A stretch of 64,000 nucleotides of DNA from Eledone cirrhosa (Eukaryota), in contig OZ024743.1 of assembly GCA_964016885.1 (NCBI GenBank), positions 154,876,001-154,940,000 of the forward strand, in the 5' to 3' direction. The translations under genes were made by a program, and so were the position numbers. Shown here piece after piece: positions 28,330-42,064 of this stretch. Numbering within the stretch: the stretch's first letter is position 1; the number at the start of each line of letters is the position of its first letter. The notes beneath the pieces were generated by a model that was not told the DNA's origin, did not search any database, and saw nothing but the letters and a program-made list of their open reading frames with translations.

Positions 28330-29880
28330 TGCGTGTACCAATCACAGAAGCAATGTCGCTCCATGCAGGTCTGATCTGTTGTTTAATTGTGGCTTCTCTG
28401 TATTGATGATTAAAATCTCTGTAACTTTCAAATTCTCCGCATTCCTTTCCGTCGCTTCTATGGTGTACTCAATGTCTCGGCCTCGGCGTTGGTCAAGATT
28501 TTCTTTTGAAAGGTAATACACCATAGGCATGTGCTACTTCATCTCTGTGTGCAGCATCAGGACGATACTTTCGATATACATGGAGCTAACTTGTCTACAT
28601 GTAACTTTTGCAAACTACGTTCTCATGCACACTCCTGCACACCCCTACGTTCTCATGCACACTCCTACGTTCTCATGCACACTCCTGCCTTGTTGGTAAG
28701 ACAGTTAGGAACTGTGCATCCATCGGTGTATGCAGAGTAGTCACCCAAACGAAGGTCCCGAATACTGAAGTCCTTCTTACGAATGAGTTATCAGATGGCA
28801 CCAGTAGTATTTTCATTAACTTTAGATAGCAGATACTATCTCTAGATGCGTGGATCCTACCACTTCCTCTTGGCCGTGCCTTGATATTTCGACGAATGTT
28901 CAGGGAATTTGAGTAGCCGTTCTCGGTGACAACTCTCATTGCGTACATAGGCGATTTTGGCTCTGTAGAGAAAGAGTGTATCGTAGCGTACAAAAATGTT
29001 TGAGCAGGCATCTTTCCAGTAGAATTTGGTGTGTATATGGATCCCTTCTCTGTAATTCTTAGTGTGCAGTTGAGTGGTATTAGGTTGCTCAACTTCTAAG
29101 TTTATGTTTGCGTCTACATTTTCCAAGATATAAATTTGTATGACTTTTCGCATTATGAAATGAGCATCAGGATATTACACACTACCTGGAAAAGAAGGAT
29201 CCAGTGTGGTACGTCATGAGTGCTATAATCGCTGACTGGTGATGGATAGCACACCCGAGTGACTTCACCCCATCGACAAACCCAAAATCTATTTATAGTT
29301 GGAGTCCTTGAATTGGAAGAAGGTGTTACATATGTCGACAGAGATCAACTCGTTATATCAGCGGCAGTGAGTTCAAAACATCTGGGGACAATAGAGGCCA
29401 TACTGTTGTTAGTAATTAAGTGAATAATAGGGAGGATTGACAGATGTGTTGAGGGAATGTAAGTCTAAGCCAACATATATGTTCTGCATTCTTGGTGGGA
29501 TTATGATATTTGTTTCTGCTGATTACTGCATCGGAGATGTAAGGAATACGTATGAAGAAGTGGTCTGAGAAATCTGGGGAGAATCCAGAAATATTTCTAG
29601 AAATGACCGCCTATACGTCAAACAATACGTCCAGTATTTAAATTGGGCCATGTTTTGTGCGTTTGAATAAGATGTTAAAATGTAGAGAGGTTGCTGTTTC
29701 TGGTGGTGAAGATGTTTTGAACTCTCTTTGGGAGATTTTTCCGGCTACAGATATTTTATGACTGCTCCACGCGTGTGAAATTTAGACACTTGGTCCGCAT
29801 CAGGAAGAACACATAGCTCATTTTTGTTTTGCATCAGTTATATTTTGCATTGGAAAATAGGGTACACACCCTGAAATATT
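28330..29880 (-). mobile_element. Degraded Penelope-like element (RT plus C-terminal GIY-YIG)
   Basis: Minus-strand remnants DLHSLNTSV (about 29450), GLSMG (about 29275), the thumb-like TKFYWKDACSNIFV...KIAYVRN, and the GIY-YIG tail LKVTEILIINTEKPQLN. Confidence 0.7.
28615..28688 (+). repeat. Short tandem repeat, about 20-bp unit (ctacgttctcatgcacactc) x3
   Basis: Direct observation. Confidence 0.9.
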
Positions 29881-31696
29881 ATATTGAAATATGCTGGATG
29901 AAAATGAACAGTACTTCGATTTTTTTTTCATGTGACATCATGTGACATCATGTGACGTTCAATGCTTATCAATGACAAAAACAAAAAAAAATACTTAAAC
30001 TTTTTCTATATCATCTCTAGTAAAGAGTAATGTCATGTAAATTAAGAACTTACTAAATTAATTATTTCAAACAATGATACGGAATGCTTCAACCAAGGCA
30101 TTGTCCATAAGAATTTAATCAGTTATTATAGTTATTTAATGGGATTAAATGATTAATCGCTGTGTAATCCTATCATATGTGATGAATATAAAGTAGTAAA
30201 TCATCTTCATTTTCATTGAAGAACACACTTTGAAATATTTAAGCTGCTTTAAAAACTAATCACACATTTGTTCGAATTTCTAAATTATTTCAACTTCAAT
30301 TTTATTATATATATTTTCCTCATTCATAGTATCAAATGGTATTTTAACTATAGAGGTGAAACTGTCGTATATTTAGGGTGTTTGATTAATTGCAAAGTTT
30401 CCAACAACATAAATTAACAGTTTATAATTAAATACGCTTATTAGGAAAATAGTATATATAGGTTATCTAACAAATGTTTCTTTTATCCCTAGCTGTTATT
30501 AATGGAAATATTTCTTCATTAATGGCAGCTATCACTGTAGTCTACAATGCTTATTGATACCCACAATAAAGCGATGAAAACATATATACATTAAAATAGA
30601 ATAATATAATAGAGAAACATGATCAATAGGAGCAACAGCACCAACAAAACGAAAACACCACAAGCAGACAAGAAAAAATGACATAAACACTAATTGAACG
30701 AAAGAAAACGGTAGATATGTTGACACATAGAATTTGAAATATAAAACATTCTACATACAAACACAAAATGTTGAATATTTCCCAAAATAATTACCATAAC
30801 CAGAGCTGTCATCTTCCCCAGATCTCTTGAGACAATTTGTAATGCTAGCTACGGGAAATGAGATAGTTCTATACAAAAATGATTGCTAATTTGATATTCT
30901 AGAAAATTTATTCATTTCCTAATATTGAAATAATCCTTAAGGGACACTGTTTTCCGTAGAAGGTAGGGTGTAAATACAACCGTCTCTGGGATTAGAAGGA
31001 ATAATTCAAATGAAGAGCTGTGTCTTTAAAATATTTCATTTTGCACAGCAGCAATAATAACGTTATTAAGCCTGTTATTATTAAATATATTCATGCTAGG
31101 AATACTATTGTTATTTAATTCATTCCGCTGCATGTGATTCAGCCGCTACCTTTCCAACTCCCCATGCTCCACATCATCATCAACCTCATCCTCATCCCAC
31201 TACTACTATTACTACTGCTACAAGGCCTGCTATGTTGCGTCTTTATTACGACTATACAAACTATAACGTATCAGATATCAACGAAGTAAAAATGATTATA
31301 TTAAAAGATTCTATTAGGTTTGGAATTAACTAAAATTTAAAGAAAAAACAACCGTAAAAATCAGGTATGCCAATAACATGGGGAGCAACACTAAATGAAT
31401 GCAGAACGCATCGAAGGCGAGTTAATGGTTATAGTTGTGGCTTCGTTCACAATGTCTGAACATTTTCTCCAAGTTTATCTTAATATAATTTTGAGCTGGC
31501 ATATACGATGGGAGAGATATTTTACAGCTGTGAGGTGTGAATCTAACCCGTCAGATGGATTGTTACTGTAGATCAATTGTGCAGCGATATCACATACTGT
31601 TTCAGATTTATTCGGTAAAGATTTAAGTTAAGCGCAGGAGTGTCTACAGAATACATAGATATTTATGAGGTCGTTTCAAATATAAATTGCTTAATT

Positions 31697-32338
31697 AATT
31701 GTTTCTACTTTAGGCACAATGCCAGCAATTACCCAGTGCATTACTGGTACTTTATTTTATCGACCCCGTAAGGATGAAAGGCAACGCCACATTCACCCAC
31801 CTATCAGCAAATGTACTGGGAGGCAGCACTTCTCTCTCCAACCTCAACTTCCTTTCCAAGTTAAACTTGAAAAAGATGAGGAGGGATTGGCCGAGGAGAA
31901 ACGTGTCTGTCTTCAATCCTTTCACCCTCGTCCACCATACAACCTCTTTCGCTACTGCCACCAGACAGAGGAACATTGCCTTCCCTTCCTGACAAAAGGA
32001 AGGCGGCGAGTCGATCTCCACTATGGACTCGGCCGATTGCCGGATCCGTTCTACACGCCACAACAGCTGTTCAACATAACTCCACAAGTCAGTAATGCAC
32101 GGACACTGGACGAGTGCGTGCAGAACGGTTTCGTCGCTCTGCGCGCATCTTCGGCATGTCCGTCTGACAGCACTTCCATGCTTGTAGACTACTGCTACTA
32201 CTAATAATAATTGTTTCTACTTTTGGAACAAGGCCAGCAATTACCCAATGCATTACTGGTACTTTATTCTATCGACCCCGGAAGGATGAAAGGCAAAGTT
32301 AACCTCTAATCCTACTAATAATAATAATAATAATAATA
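31697..32338 (-). mobile_element. Composite: truncated SINE + Tx1 ORF2 3' fragment fused to a second truncated SINE
   Basis: SINE pieces at 31697-31783 and 32205-32308 flank a Tx1 C-terminal fragment from a diverged subfamily (31784-32187). An (AAT)n run lies at the right end. Confidence 0.85.
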
Positions 32339-32919
32339 CGCACATGGCGGATAAAGTGTTATGTAATCGCTCCCGTAAGTTTATGATTTTTTACATATTT
32401 AAAACAATTGTGATGGAATAATTCTTATTACAAATGGGACATAAGACACCAGTCTTACTCTCAGGAAGTGACAACACATGACAGTATGGCATAGGGCTCA
32501 AATATTTTGTATCAGAACTTTTATAGTCAAAACTGAAAATGGTTACAAATGGTCACAAATGGAAGAACACAACAGCCAATTAATTTCACCACCAACATCA
32601 CCACCGCTGCCGCGACCACCACCACTACCACAAAATTTAGCTAGAGACAAATCAACAGCAGCAACATCACCATCACTACAGTACTTCTACCCCATCAACA
32701 CCGTCACCACTCCATCATCGCTACCACCACTATTCCCTCACTACGTCATGTTAAGAGAGGGAAGTTAGTAGTGCCACTACACATGACTAGAAACGAGGAA
32801 GTCACCAAAATATATAAATAGACTGAATTAGTGTCCGGGTCAAACAGCTAACAACACCATAATAATGTGTGTCGTTGTATCTCTAAACTTTCTCAAAATG
32901 TTTAGTTTAAACGATGTCA

Positions 32920-33066
32920 AATAATAATAATAATTGTTTCTACTTTTGGCACAAGGCCAGCAATTATCACAGTGCATTACTGGTACATTATTTTATCGAC
33001 CCGTTAAGGATGAAAGGTAAAGTTAACCGCGGCGGGATTTGAACTCAGACCGTAAAGGGACGTAAC
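32920..33066 (-). mobile_element. tRNA-derived SINE, 5'-truncated
   Basis: Matches 9483-9675 and retains the B box and (ATT)n tail. Confidence 0.85.
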
Positions 33067-33429
33067 AACAGAACACAGACAAAAACAAACGCAACATCAA
33101 AAAAAAAAGAAAAACAAATTTCAAAGTTCTGAACGCTAAAATCAAAACCACCAGCAGCAGCAACAACAACACTAGTAACCGATGTTACTGGCCTTGAAAA
33201 ACAAAAAGGAAAAAACATCTAAGTCAGACATTCATTTGTTCCCTATACTCCTTATTGGTTTCAGCAACTGATACCTGCCACATGTGTAGTTTGAAACACA
33301 AATATACACGTATACTGAGAATGACAATTCAGTATATTTCTACACATATAATTATCTATATATTGTGTGATAAGACAGTAAGCATACACATACACGTACA
33401 CCAGATCCGAACACAGAGGAACCAAACTT

Positions 33430-35880
33430 CTAGTGTCATGTCCTCGATCTCTCTCACCCTCTCCGTCTTTCACTGTTATGAGCAAATAGGGTCCCATGCA
33501 CTGGTCGCCCCACAGTCGCGGGGGACAGAATGGAGAAGGCCTTTTTTCCGGAGGACGGTAAGGGAGATGCGTTGCAAGAGCCACTCCACTCACGAGGTTC
33601 AAACTTACGGTTCGCCAGCTCAGCGCCAAGGACACCAGAAGATTGCATCAGATTGTCGCTCGAGAGTGTGTCGCACGATGTGGTATTCCAGACGAGGGTT
33701 TAAAACCGTGGAATGGCAAGATGGTTATGCCGTCTGGCCTTTTCCATCCCCTAGCACAGCAGCACTGCCTCAAGCTGGTAGGGGAAGCCTGCAGCATCCA
33801 AGCCATGCATTATTACCTCGCTGAGAGCAGCTTCGCGTAGCAGGACAGGAAAGCGGATGGAGGCGAAAGGAGTCTACAGTGGATCTGCAGTGACATTGGT
33901 GTGGCTCGCAGATCCGAAGGCCGAGCAGATCCCAAGGCCGAGCATAAAGGAAAAACCGATGCACAAGCTATCATTGTTGAGCTACGCGCCTGTAGAAAAG
34001 TATATTAGCCACGGAGCCAGACACCACTGTGGGATTGCGAGGCCGCGCGAAAACAAGTCAGATGGTGCTTGTCGAGCTGGTGCACTAGCCTATCCGAAGC
34101 TACGTTGCACTGGATGACATCTCAAATAATCTGGGAGGACTTGACGTCTATATTGGGAGAAAGAGAAGGGACGTCTACTGGGCTAAATCCAATCCGGTTC
34201 CACGTCTCACGGGTGACCTCACGTTCCTCCACCTAAGTGTTTTCGATTGTGCTTAGAAGAACCCTATTGATAAGGACGCGGATGAGGTTTCCGACAAAAG
34301 AAACGTTGACAAAGCCAGTGAGATCGAGGATTGGAGCTCAAGGCCACCATACTTAACAGGTAAGGTCTCCTGCTGCCATCCAAGGTCGTCAAACCTGACG
34401 TTGCATATCTCCTCAGCTACCGCTTGGATACAGTTATCGCAGTCAGAAACAGGTGATGCATGCATTTAGTAAGGAGCCATACGAAGAGTTTAGAGGCGCT
34501 TCAGCATGGCGAAAAAGTTCCTCAACAGGAAGACCGTTGTGTGTACGTCAATACTTGCCAGTCTCCTCGTGAGGGTGCTGGAGCCTAGAACTGTTGGGGG
34601 AGCGGATGTATGGCGGGGGTTTCAGTGAGCTGAGGATGAGGACATCTGATTTAAGGGATACCTGTACACGGACGAAAATATATCGCACAGCAAAGACGGA
34701 GGTTGCAAAGTTCTTTGCAGAATGGTTGACGTTCGCCACCCCAACGTGGACGAGTTGACCTCGCGGCCAGTTCTCACCAAAGAAGGAACCACCGATTGTA
34801 GGCACCAAACGATCAAAAGGGGTTTGATACTCTAAGCAATGTGGTCTATCCCAAGAACAAAGAGAAGGGGAGCCAAAAGATCACCCTCTTAGATCCCAGT
34901 GGCTGATGGTATGACCATGTAAGCAGCAAGGAGCATGCTTGGGTCTCTAGCATGTAGGTAGAGTGGGATCGGCTGAAGCAGATCTAAACCAGATAGTCAA
35001 GCCGTAGGCAGTTAAAGGCATCCCTCATGTCAATCTTGTAAATAAGGTGCCTGGAGTCCCTGGATGCCGCTTCCAGTAGGCAGCTATTGAAGAACTATAT
35101 GGCTGCATGTGTGCCACCCTCTCACTCACTGAGACGCCGACTCCTAGTTGTACTGGACTGAGCTCCTTGCCCAGTTCAGCTGAGATGGACATGCAGACAA
35201 ACTTAGCAGCCATCCTATGGATGCATTGCCTAGAGCAATGGAGCATATGAAACCGTCTTTCTTGATAATGTCTGCGTCGGAAGCCACGAAAACCAGGTGC
35301 GGTTCAGGTGGGGGTATGCCTCTGAAGTCGGCGGGCAGCTCAGTTTGATTGAGCCGCATGGAAGCTAGGACCACCTGGGTGGCGTGGAGGAGAGCAACCT
35401 GTAAGGCAACCAATCTGACTGCTGCCGACATTTCACCCTCGATCAGTTTAGCATTTACGTTCGCGCTAGTCTCGGGGATGGATGATTGCAGTGAGTGTGG
35501 TGGCATTGGGCACACTGGAGATGGGTGTCTGCCCCAAAAGTGAAACATTAGCCTTGACAAAAGCTGTTGTCAACACGCCAGATTTGGGGAGGCCAAGGGC
35601 AAGTGGGTTCGAAATAGAATAGGCACTCCCAGTCACTAGCTCGATTAGAGTCCAGGGCCCTCTCGATTGAGGAAGCGAAAGCATCGGCAACCAGTCTGCT
35701 CCCAGGATCTTGAGCAGAATCTTCCGGAGCCGCCTGAGCAGAGCGATGTTGACCAGCGAGACTTGAGGATCAGAGAAGCTCGCTGTCTCATCTTGTGGTG
35801 TAGATTGGATTTTAAATGCTGTGAAATAACCATAATCAGTGTGATCTTTTTTCATCTCCAAAGCGCGTCATCGGAAATGC
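33430..35880 (-). mobile_element. CRE-clade RLE non-LTR retrotransposon, degraded
   Basis: SPVQLGVGV, an EGD-L..LLF remnant near 34880, WQQETLPVKYGGL, CHCRSTVDSFRLHPLSC, and DGKRPDGITILPF with LVW..CDTL near 33660-33750. Confidence 0.8.
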
Positions 35881-35899
35881 AGCAATATACCAAATAACA

Positions 35900-36490
35900 C
35901 TGCTTCTGAAGCGTTTGCTTCGTTAGTACGGTCTGTAAGCAGTATATTGATACAGGCTGGAGTGTCCTCTATCAGTGGAAGTCTGACGCTTCCTCCTAAG
36001 CAACACATGCCAAGTATTATATCCCTGCTTCCAATCGCGACTGTGGCGATTGAGACGCTTGGGGTAGTCGTGCTGCTGACTTCGGGATTCCTATCTGCAC
36101 TGCTGGCTCGCCTAACAGATGTAAGTTTTGAATCTCTTGAGGGCGCTAGTTTTTTCCAGCGCATCAGCACCGCCATCACCCGAGGTAACGCTGCGTGCGT
36201 GCTGGCTTTCCTCAAACATTATTAGAGAGGTTTCCCAGTGCTTCTAGGAATAATGTTATTTTTTACACTGGTAGCCACTCGGTTATCCAAACCTTTCGCC
36301 TGCCTTTTGCTGTATGTAGTCCCAGATGTGTGTGCCAACCGCTTCCGTGTTTATTTTTTTTTTTTTCTTTTCTCTTTCTTTTTCTCTTTCCTTTTTTTAT
36401 ATTTTCCCTTTCCTTTATATTATATTTGTTCGTGCGTTCTTCCTATAAGCATTGTATTTTATACTTCTGTTTATACAACTGTGAATAAAT
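35900..36490 (+). mobile_element. 3' fragment of a CRE-clade element in the opposite orientation
   Basis: VAIETLG...FL...FFQRISTAITRGNAACVL is the typical CRE C-terminus. It is followed by a T-rich 3' UTR and AATAAA at about 36484. Confidence 0.75.
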
Positions 36491-37244
36491 TGTATTTCAA
36501 GCTCTAAGCTTGTAATACTTCGATGGGTCATATGTAAACGCAGCACTTTCCCAGTTTATTCTGCCTTGTAGTGTCCTTTGTGCTCGTCGAGTTTGTATCG
36601 CAAATCTCATTGCTTCTTCGTGATTTTCATATTGAATCTCTCGTTGTGTCTTTCTTGTCTTAACGTTTCAGTTTCCCGTCTGATATTCAGCTGAATTTCG
36701 CAATGTTGACTTATCTCTTTATCCGAAGTCTTATTTTTATATTGTTTGTGAGTTTTGGCTTGAAGGTTTCAACCGTGTGGTGGTCATTGTAACATCCCGG
36801 ATAGATGAGCGGTGTTTTGGTGACATGATAAAACTAGTTTTATTGGAAAGTATTGTGAAAAAGAAAATAATACAAAGCAATATAAAAAATGAAATAAATA
36901 CAAATAGTAGCCTTAGAGAATAGGTTGACACTCTGCCATCTGAATTAGGTCAATAATAACATGACACTATCCTCAAAAAGCTAAATTAATATTCACCTTA
37001 GATTAATTGCATATAGTATACATTTTTTCTGTTCTGTAAAGTCAAAGACTGGTGTAAAATGACTTTACAAAAGCTAACGCAATATCGTTAAACATTCAAC
37101 TGATACTTTCATCTATAGTTTAATTCAGACGATTCTAGGTTTTGTGGGACGTCTCTCTCTCTCTCTCTCTCTCTGTATCTCTCTCTCTTTATCTCTCTCT
37201 CTATCTCTCTCTGTCTCTATCTCGCTCTCTCAAATGATTTGTAG

Positions 37245-38830
37245 CATCTTTTCTCTCCTGGTAACATGTCCAGCAGCCTTCTATTCATTTATTTCACATC
37301 AACATTTTCGGTGCTAAGATTGCTAGCTCGCAGAGACATTTCGTATCACATTGTCTCATCTGAATGTTTGGAAACAGTCTGACAATAAATACTTGTTACT
37401 GGCTGTGTTTGCCTGAAACCAAGTTCCATTGTCATTCCACATATCATGCACGTATTCTCTCTCAGATCCTTTATTGTCTATTCCAAAGCTCCAATTGCTC
37501 ATTTATGGCTCATGGTAGCTTCCTCCCAAATGATCATCTTGCTTGTTTGTAGAAGCGTACCCTTGAGTGAGTTCTTCTTGATGTTGCCGAGAGATTCTTC
37601 TGATTGTGTGAGGTCGATGGGCAGCTAAAACATGGTGTGTGCAATTCTTCCTCCATGAAGATGTGTTGCTGCAATGACACCTAAAACCACGGTAAGAGAA
37701 ATATGTTGTTTTTGGTGAACTTTTGCAAGCAGGAGGTTTATGAGAAATGTCTTACCTGTGTCAGCAGGAGCATGGATAAAGAAATGTCATCCCCTGTCAT
37801 TTTGATTGTGTTTCATGATGTTGTGGTTGGTGTATTTCTGGTCATCCACCAGTCAATGTTCATTTTTAATCACAAACTTACGCAATGCTTGTATATCGTA
37901 GATTTTTTCTTAAAACATATATTGTGTTAGCTCCATTTCTTCCTCTGGCTCTAGCATCCCGAATTGCTGTTCATTGCCTGAACTCAATGGGACAGGTCAC
38001 AGAGAACTTCATTGTAAATCCTGGAGGTATATTCCAAATGCATATTGACATAATGTATTGGGGCTAAGTGTAGATAGTTTGTCTGGCATATTGGTTTTGT
38101 AATCCTGCCAGAGTAGATGAGCTTTATCAATTCCACATGCTGTGAGTATAGTAGGAAGCAACTGTCTTATTTGACTGGTCACTCGAGTGACTGCTGCTGC
38201 TTTTAGGCTCTTTTTCCCATGCCCATTGTCATGCACGTATACATGCTCTTTAGATACTTGTTTGTATGTTGTGCACACTCTTCGTCCAAAGCATCTAAGA
38301 TCCTCAAATGACATTGCTCCTTGAAAAATAAGCAGAATATCCGTAAATAAATATAATCTCTGTTGTAGGGGTGGTCATTGTAAACATGTCCAATAGCATT
38401 ACTTACCTTGATTTCATGACCTTCCACTAAATGACCCAGCCTCTTTTGATTCTAGGTCTTGAATTTGGCCCAGGTGTAGTATGTTGGAACGTCAGCATAT
38501 AGGGGGATCAACAAATTCATCATTCTGGCAGAGTTTCAAAAAAGCAGTTAGAGTTGTATCAGGTGGTGCTTATACACTATCTGTCCATTTTCTAGATGGA
38601 TTGCGAAGATGACCACTATTGGATGGCGTTGATAGATATCAAATCCAAAGATCTGCCAGATAACTTCATTGTTGGAGATGTATCAACTTATCTGACACTG
38701 TTTGACCTCAACCAGACAACTATAAGTATGTTCCTTGTCAGTAACAAAGGTAACCATGTCACTGTCTTTGTTGATATATTTTGTGATATATAGTATTGCT
38801 TTGACAGCGGTGCAGTACACAATATTGATT
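37245..38830 (-). mobile_element. Helitron RepHel fragment (inter-domain region plus PIF1 helicase start), degraded
   Basis: Remnants AIHLENGQ, TTLTAF, YADVPTYYTW, SFEDLR...CTTYK, QIRQL..IL, TGKTFLINLL (Walker A) and IAATHLHGGR.AH. Confidence 0.88.
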
Positions 38831-38994
38831 ATTTATAAAAAACATATTGATATACTGAACTGAAGTGAAAATCAAACCAAACAGTTAGTGTTTTTTTATT
38901 ATTATTTTAGACAAAATGACCCTACACAAATCAGTTTTAACATACTATTTGATATAAGAAAGGACATGCAAAACCGATACATCGATTTTCCCCA

Positions 38995-39560
38995 GGGTGT
39001 CATCATCATCATCATCATCATCATATCACCTTCCCTATTCGCTGCTTGCACAGCATCTTTACATTTGTCACGGTCCTTTACCATCCCCTCTGTGAGCTTT
39101 AGCGATCAAAGGTCATCTCTCAACATCCACCTAATATTTTTCGGGGTCTTCCTCTAGTGAGTTTTTCTTCAACTTGGATTACTTGGCACTTATTCATTCA
39201 GCAGTCATCATCCCTGCACATCACATGGCCATAACATCTTCTCTCCTGCCCACTACAGTTTATTCCTTTCATACACAGTTTCACTCTCAACGTTCACGCA
39301 CATTGACGTTGCACATCCATCGGAACATGCGTACTTCATTTCCCTTCAGCCTTCGCATACCCTCCGCAGTTGCTGCCCATATCTCACTACTATGCAACAT
39401 TACGCAATCCACGCAGGCTTCAAACAACCGAGCTTTCGTTGTCAACAGAGGAAGCAGCTCCCTAAACTTCTTCCACCTGTCAGTAGTCTAGATACTAAGG
39501 CCTTCAAGCAACCTCTTACCTTACTAATCTGATCACCTAGATATCGGAAGCTATCAACCA
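38995..39560 (-). mobile_element. RTE/BovB-type LINE 3' fragment with (ATG)n tail
   Basis: Minus-strand FRYLGDQIS, WKKFRELLPLLTT, SEIWA and MFRWMCNV remnants. (CAT)n run at 39000-39023. Confidence 0.75.
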
Positions 39561-39879
39561 ACACGTGTGTCTTTCTCTTTACATGTTTGTGTCTCTATGT
39601 ACGTGTGTGTGTGTGTGTGTGTGTGTGTATCTTTCTCGCGACCAACCAATCAAGAAACATCTCTCTTTTATATTACATATAATTAAAATAATACGATTAC
39701 CACAACACGGATGAAACGAGCTTTTTATTACAGAGTGGTGCTATCTCGATACAGAAGGAACCTTGAGCTGAAGAATAACGAAATGCGAGTCACTATTCAA
39801 TAAACGTTATGAAGACTAACAGATCCTCCTTTTTGGCAGTATCAGTAGAACGTCAGACACCGTGTTTTGCAACATAATT

Positions 39880-40018
39880 ATGGCCCTTTGCGTTGTGGGT
39901 TCAAATCCGCCGAGGTTAACTTTGCCTTTCATCCTTACGAGGTCGCGTTAAAATAAAGTACCAGTGGTGCACTGGGGTAATCGCTGGCCTTGTGCCAAAA
40001 GTTGAAACTATTATTATT
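39880..40018 (+). mobile_element. tRNA-derived SINE, 5'-truncated
   Basis: GGTTCAAATCC B box and the 3' end TGGCCTTGTGCCAAAAGTTGAAACTATTATT. Confidence 0.82.
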
Positions 40019-40111
40019 ACGTTCTGCTTAGTACTACACCACTATACTTATTGAAGACTTCGCATCGAGTGCTGCTCTGGTGAACCTACAGTTAGTGGGC
40101 GTTAGAATCCC

Positions 40112-40234
<123 letters not shown>

Positions 40235-41127
40235 ATCAGGAAAGAAGAGTGACACGGTTTGCTATACAACAAAGGTTTTTAATCTCATTGCTACTCGATC
40301 GCCAATACAAAATTATAATCAGTCAGTTCATCGGAGCTTGCGAGAATGAAGAGAATATACAGGTATGAACAGAATATACAGGCATGAAAAGAATATACAG
40401 GCTACTATATGTAGTAGTAATGGCATTCAGTTACAACAATAACAACAATATCAACAATGCTAGCAATAAATTATTTGAAATAATCACATCAATCTAGGTG
40501 GGAAGTATAGTATATCTATGATTTTAGCGTGTAAGATAGCTGACATGAGGCAGATGTATAAAATTGACATGTAAAGACTGTCGCAGTGTGTATTATATCA
40601 AGTGTAAAGATAAGCTGGTGTTTTTAAACAATGTAGGACAGGTGGCTGTAATATTCGGTTTATATCTGACCGATGTTGTGATTATTTCAAATAATTTATT
40701 GCTAGCATTGTTGATATAGTTGTTAGTGTTCTAACTGAATGCCATTACTACTACATAGAGTAGCCTGTATATTCTTTTATGCCTGTATATTCTCTTCATT
40801 CTCGCAAGCTCCGATGAACTGACTGGTTATAATTTTGCATTGGCGACCGAGTAACGCGAAAATAAGCGGATAGCGATCTATAGACCTACCAGTTAAGAGA
40901 AACAATTGTCAAAACCTTTTTTGTATAGCAAACTGTGTCACTCTTCTTTCCTGATTTATTATTACTCCAAGTGTTTACAACATAGAAATTACAGCGTACT
41001 CGCAGCAACACTATGGAAACGCATCATTGAGTCAAACTTAGCCAAGCGTTGATATCATCCACTACCCGGAGTACCATAACTGGACTACACCTAAGTGAAC
41101 TGCATATAACTATTATTTGTTACCCCG
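40235..41127 (+). mobile_element. Non-coding fold-back element between (TA)n runs, with a hammerhead-like motif (Penelope-type)
   Basis: Inverted arms at about 40235-40490 and 40675-40955. The right arm carries CCGATGA...GAAACAATTGTC. Confidence 0.65.
40807..40914 (+). ncRNA. Hammerhead-like motif (U4C core, long stem II, poor stem I)
   Basis: CCGATGA at 40811-40817, stem II gactggt/accagtt, GAAAC-AATT-GTC at 40899-40910. Stem I pairing is weak. Confidence 0.45.
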
Positions 41128-41159
<32 letters not shown>

Positions 41160-41230
41160 CTGGTAGAACACTGGAAGGTAATATCCGTAGTTGTAGAGCA
41201 CTCAGTCCATGAGACGAGTTAGGTAGAAGT

Positions 41231-41385
41231 GGTTACACAACAGTTAGTTCAGCGTACCGAGAACAATTGTCTAACCGTAGCGATGGACATGGGCATGTTC
41301 CGTATAACCATGTCCATTACGAGTTGAGGATCCGCGAAGGAGAAACAATTGTTCTCGGTAGAGTCAACCAACTGTTGTGTAACCT

Positions 41386-41388
<3 letters not shown>
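41231..41388 (+). mobile_element. Small fold-back element with a minimal hammerhead, ending at (TA)n
   Basis: Arms at 41231-41292 and 41308-41384. The hammerhead core is present only in the right arm. Confidence 0.6.
41320..41357 (+). ncRNA. Minimal type I hammerhead ribozyme (C3U variant)
   Basis: cgag-TTGAGGA-tcc(gcgaa)gga-GAAAC-AATT-GTT-ctcg. All three stems pair, and a homolog lies at 49367. Confidence 0.65.
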
Positions 41389-41444
<56 letters not shown>

Positions 41445-41484
41445 CACAATTGAAAATTGCAAACCTTACTGCCACCACACATTA

Positions 41485-41523
41485 TGAACCTGAAGATTGC
41501 GAAACCATGAAAGTACTTGTTCA
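41485..41523 (+). ncRNA. Minimal type I hammerhead-like motif
   Basis: tgaac-CTGAAGA-ttgcgaaaccat-GAAA-GTAC-TT-gttca gives a 5-bp stem I and a palindromic stem III. Stem II is weak. Confidence 0.5.
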
Positions 41524-42064
41524 ATTAACACTTAACGTTTAATATTCTACCATACTATTTCATACTAATACCATAATACATTTTAAAGGATTGTAAATAA
41601 AACGAGTAAATCAGACACAGTTGGAATTTCTTTTATTAATATATATATATATATATATATATTTAGAAACACACAGATACATGCGGACACACACATATAT
41701 ACATGAATGCATCCGCACCCAACTGTGAGTTAAGGGTGCCAACTTCACCGATGTTGCTCAATGAATGACTTGGACAGACCAATTCAGTTTGAACCAGACT
41801 GAACCAGTATCAGAGTTAAAAATACATTATGAAGAGAGAAGAAACATTTAGATATAATTAGTAATAAAATGTATCATACCTAAACTGTTCCTAAATTCCT
41901 CGACTACGTAGTTTCGTGGCATAAACAAAAACAATATATAAGTGGTTATAAGAGGCTTAGCTCTGTTTCTCGACCGTTATATCGCGTGACTGTCTCCCCC
42001 TCCGCCTTTTGGGATTCTTTCTCACGTCGTGTAGACGCGTTCTTGAGACTAGTAAAATGAGGTA

